Source: Raillietiella orientalis (taxonomy: Eukaryota). From it: 64,000 nucleotides of DNA. Below the pieces are notes generated by a model that was not told where the DNA came from, ran no database searches, and was given only the letters and a program-made list of their open reading frames with translations. Shown piece by piece: positions 62,300 through 64,000 of the stretch. Both the position numbers and the translations under genes were made by a program. Numbering within the stretch: position 1 is the stretch's first letter; each line of letters starts with the position of its first letter. The DNA lies in NCBI GenBank assembly GCA_036172245.1, contig JAYWIR010000004.1, forward strand, positions 620,001-684,000, written 5' to 3'.

Positions 62300-62680
62300 G
62301 AATGGCACGGTATTCACCCCAAAGCAACCCGGGTGTCCAAGTGACGACCCAGCTGGGCCCAGAAAAGTGCCTGTGCAGCGGCCTTGAGCTCGCGTGGCTC
62401 AGCGATTCGCGCAGAGCAGCTCCAGCCTCTGGTGGAGCCACATCCGCCTGAGGAACGCGCGTGGAGTGTCGAAGGAAGGGCGCGGAAGGCCACACAGGGT
62501 ACGGGCCGAAGAAGAGATGATGGAGGAACGTTACTGGGGAACCGAGACGAAAAGTCCCCGGGACTCCGCGAAGAGGGGGCCCATCTCGCGCCGCACCAGG
62601 CCACCGCTCCTGATGCCCTGCCGAACCAGTCGATAGAGCTGCCGGGGACCAACCGGCAGCAGTCATTCACGAAAGAGTGA
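62300..62680 (-). mobile_element. Degenerate DIRS RT relic
   Basis: Minus strand: GWSP..SIDW (cf. GWRP / SIDL), VAFRALPS (cf. YxFRALPFG), LGRHLDT (cf. YLDD). Confidence 0.45.
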
Positions 62681-64000
62681 GGCAAAGGTGAAGCTCCTTC
62701 CTCTTCTGATAGCCCTTTGGTGCCCTTCCTCTTGTGGTGCCCTCGCCGCTGGTTACTCACTCAGACTGGCTCGTGCAACGCCGTTCTTTTTCGTTTGCTC
62801 CAGTAATGGTGGTCTCTTGAAGTCGCAGGTCCTCCGCCGCTCATGCTGCGAGGCGCCGATCACTTCTGGCTTACGTTGCCCAGATGGGCTCCTGCATCCT
62901 CCTCGTGGACTTCCGACATTTTCCTGGATGGTGTTTGCCATCTACCCTGAACAGAAGTTCTGGTTCAGCCTTCCTAACGTCTGAAGAAGTGCTAGCCTCA
63001 GCATCACTCACACTGTCTTCGTCGGTTGTCTCTGCATGCCACCTGACCTCTTCTAAAGGCTCTGAGAGCGTTTCTGCTTGGATGGCTTGGAGGAAAGGGG
63101 AAGAGATTTCGTTGCTTCTTGGAATTTAGTGTTAATCTGTTGATGTGCTTGTGCAAGACCGCCATCTTTAAATTCTCTTCTTCCTTTTTTTTTTTTTATC
63201 GTTGCCCTTTGACGCTTCCTTTCGTTCGTTCAAATGGGAATGAGTGCGCCGTTCCGTATTCCCTGCGCAGTCCACGCTCCATCGTGGACCATGGAATGAA
63301 ATGTGTGTGTTGCGCCATCGCGCGCTCATGATCCTCCTCCCTCAGCTCCACAGCCTGCTTCCTCAGCAGGTCATGTTTTGTCGTCCAGCCGCTGGTCATG
63401 CCACGGCGCCCTGTCCGTTTGGCTGCTGGGCCACGATGCGCGCGCAGTGGTTTGAGCCTACAACGTTCTTTTTCCTTTGACGTATTCGAGGCTCTGAGAT
63501 AGAGAGAGGCGCATGGCACTCAGGCTGCCAGCGAAACGATCTGAGTTTACCCGAGGCCTCCCAGGATCGGCGGGGAGGGCAACTTTGGTGTGGTAGCGTG
63601 CGAGCTGCGAGAACCCTGTGTTCCTCCATCGCCAAAAAAGCGGAAGTGCAAGTTAGGATCATAAGGGAATTCATTTTCTTAGCCGGTAGCTTTAGATTGC
63701 CTTCGTGGCTAAGTTTCGCGATGTATTCTGGAGTGGCTGGAGTACTGAGTGGAATGCGCGGCGTGACATACGAAATGGGATAGTTGCTGGGGTGCTCAGT
63801 ATGGCACTGAAATGAGGGCAACGTACATGACCTGGAGACGGAATCACAAATAGAGTGCTGAATGGAATGCGGGATCGAGTGTGGTGGGATGCGCGGTGCA
63901 GAATAGAGTAAGGGATAAGGTGTTGGATGGATCAAGAAAGTGGGGTGAGATCCTGGTCGTCCGGGGGGGAGGATGAAGAACGGGTCCTCATACGTGACTC

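Noticed and set aside
63396..63935. 179-aa minus ORF with SIPH/SIQH-like 4-aa repeats
   Set aside because: Most likely a decayed 12-bp minisatellite at the window edge; no domain evidence.
1..64000. CRISPR arrays, operons, tRNA or rRNA genes, prokaryotic defence systems
   Set aside because: No regularly spaced repeat-spacer array or recognisable tRNA/rRNA was seen, and the genes have spliceosomal introns.

Overview
This window is eukaryotic, not prokaryotic. It is probably an arthropod-type invertebrate genome with very short spliceosomal introns; the taxon is inferred from gene families only. Three intact spliced genes can be reconstructed by hand: copper chaperone ATOX1 (+, 37475-37978, 2 exons, 77 aa), importin-7 (+, 49562-53358, 9 exons, 1046 aa) and a glucose dehydrogenase-like GMC oxidoreductase (-, 61127-58402, 7 exons, 616 aa). 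Most of the rest is heavily frameshifted transposon debris: about nine DIRS (tyrosine-recombinase retrotransposon) relics plus Tigger/pogo, mariner, LINE, Penelope-like, Gypsy-gag and hAT-end remnants. Nearly all other ORFs in the supplied track are spurious or are pieces of these relics. The best leads are: a candidate H/ACA snoRNA in the ATOX1 intron whose guide arm matches 18S rRNA next to the U609-equivalent site; a candidate spliced non-coding (snoRNA-host-like) transcript converging on ATOX1; a scrambled, intron-containing IPO7 fragment joined at a TGAT microhomology; and a sharp CpG-depleted versus CpG-rich domain contrast. I found no convincing novel multi-gene system. Transposon calls rest on motif recognition by eye and their boundaries are approximate.
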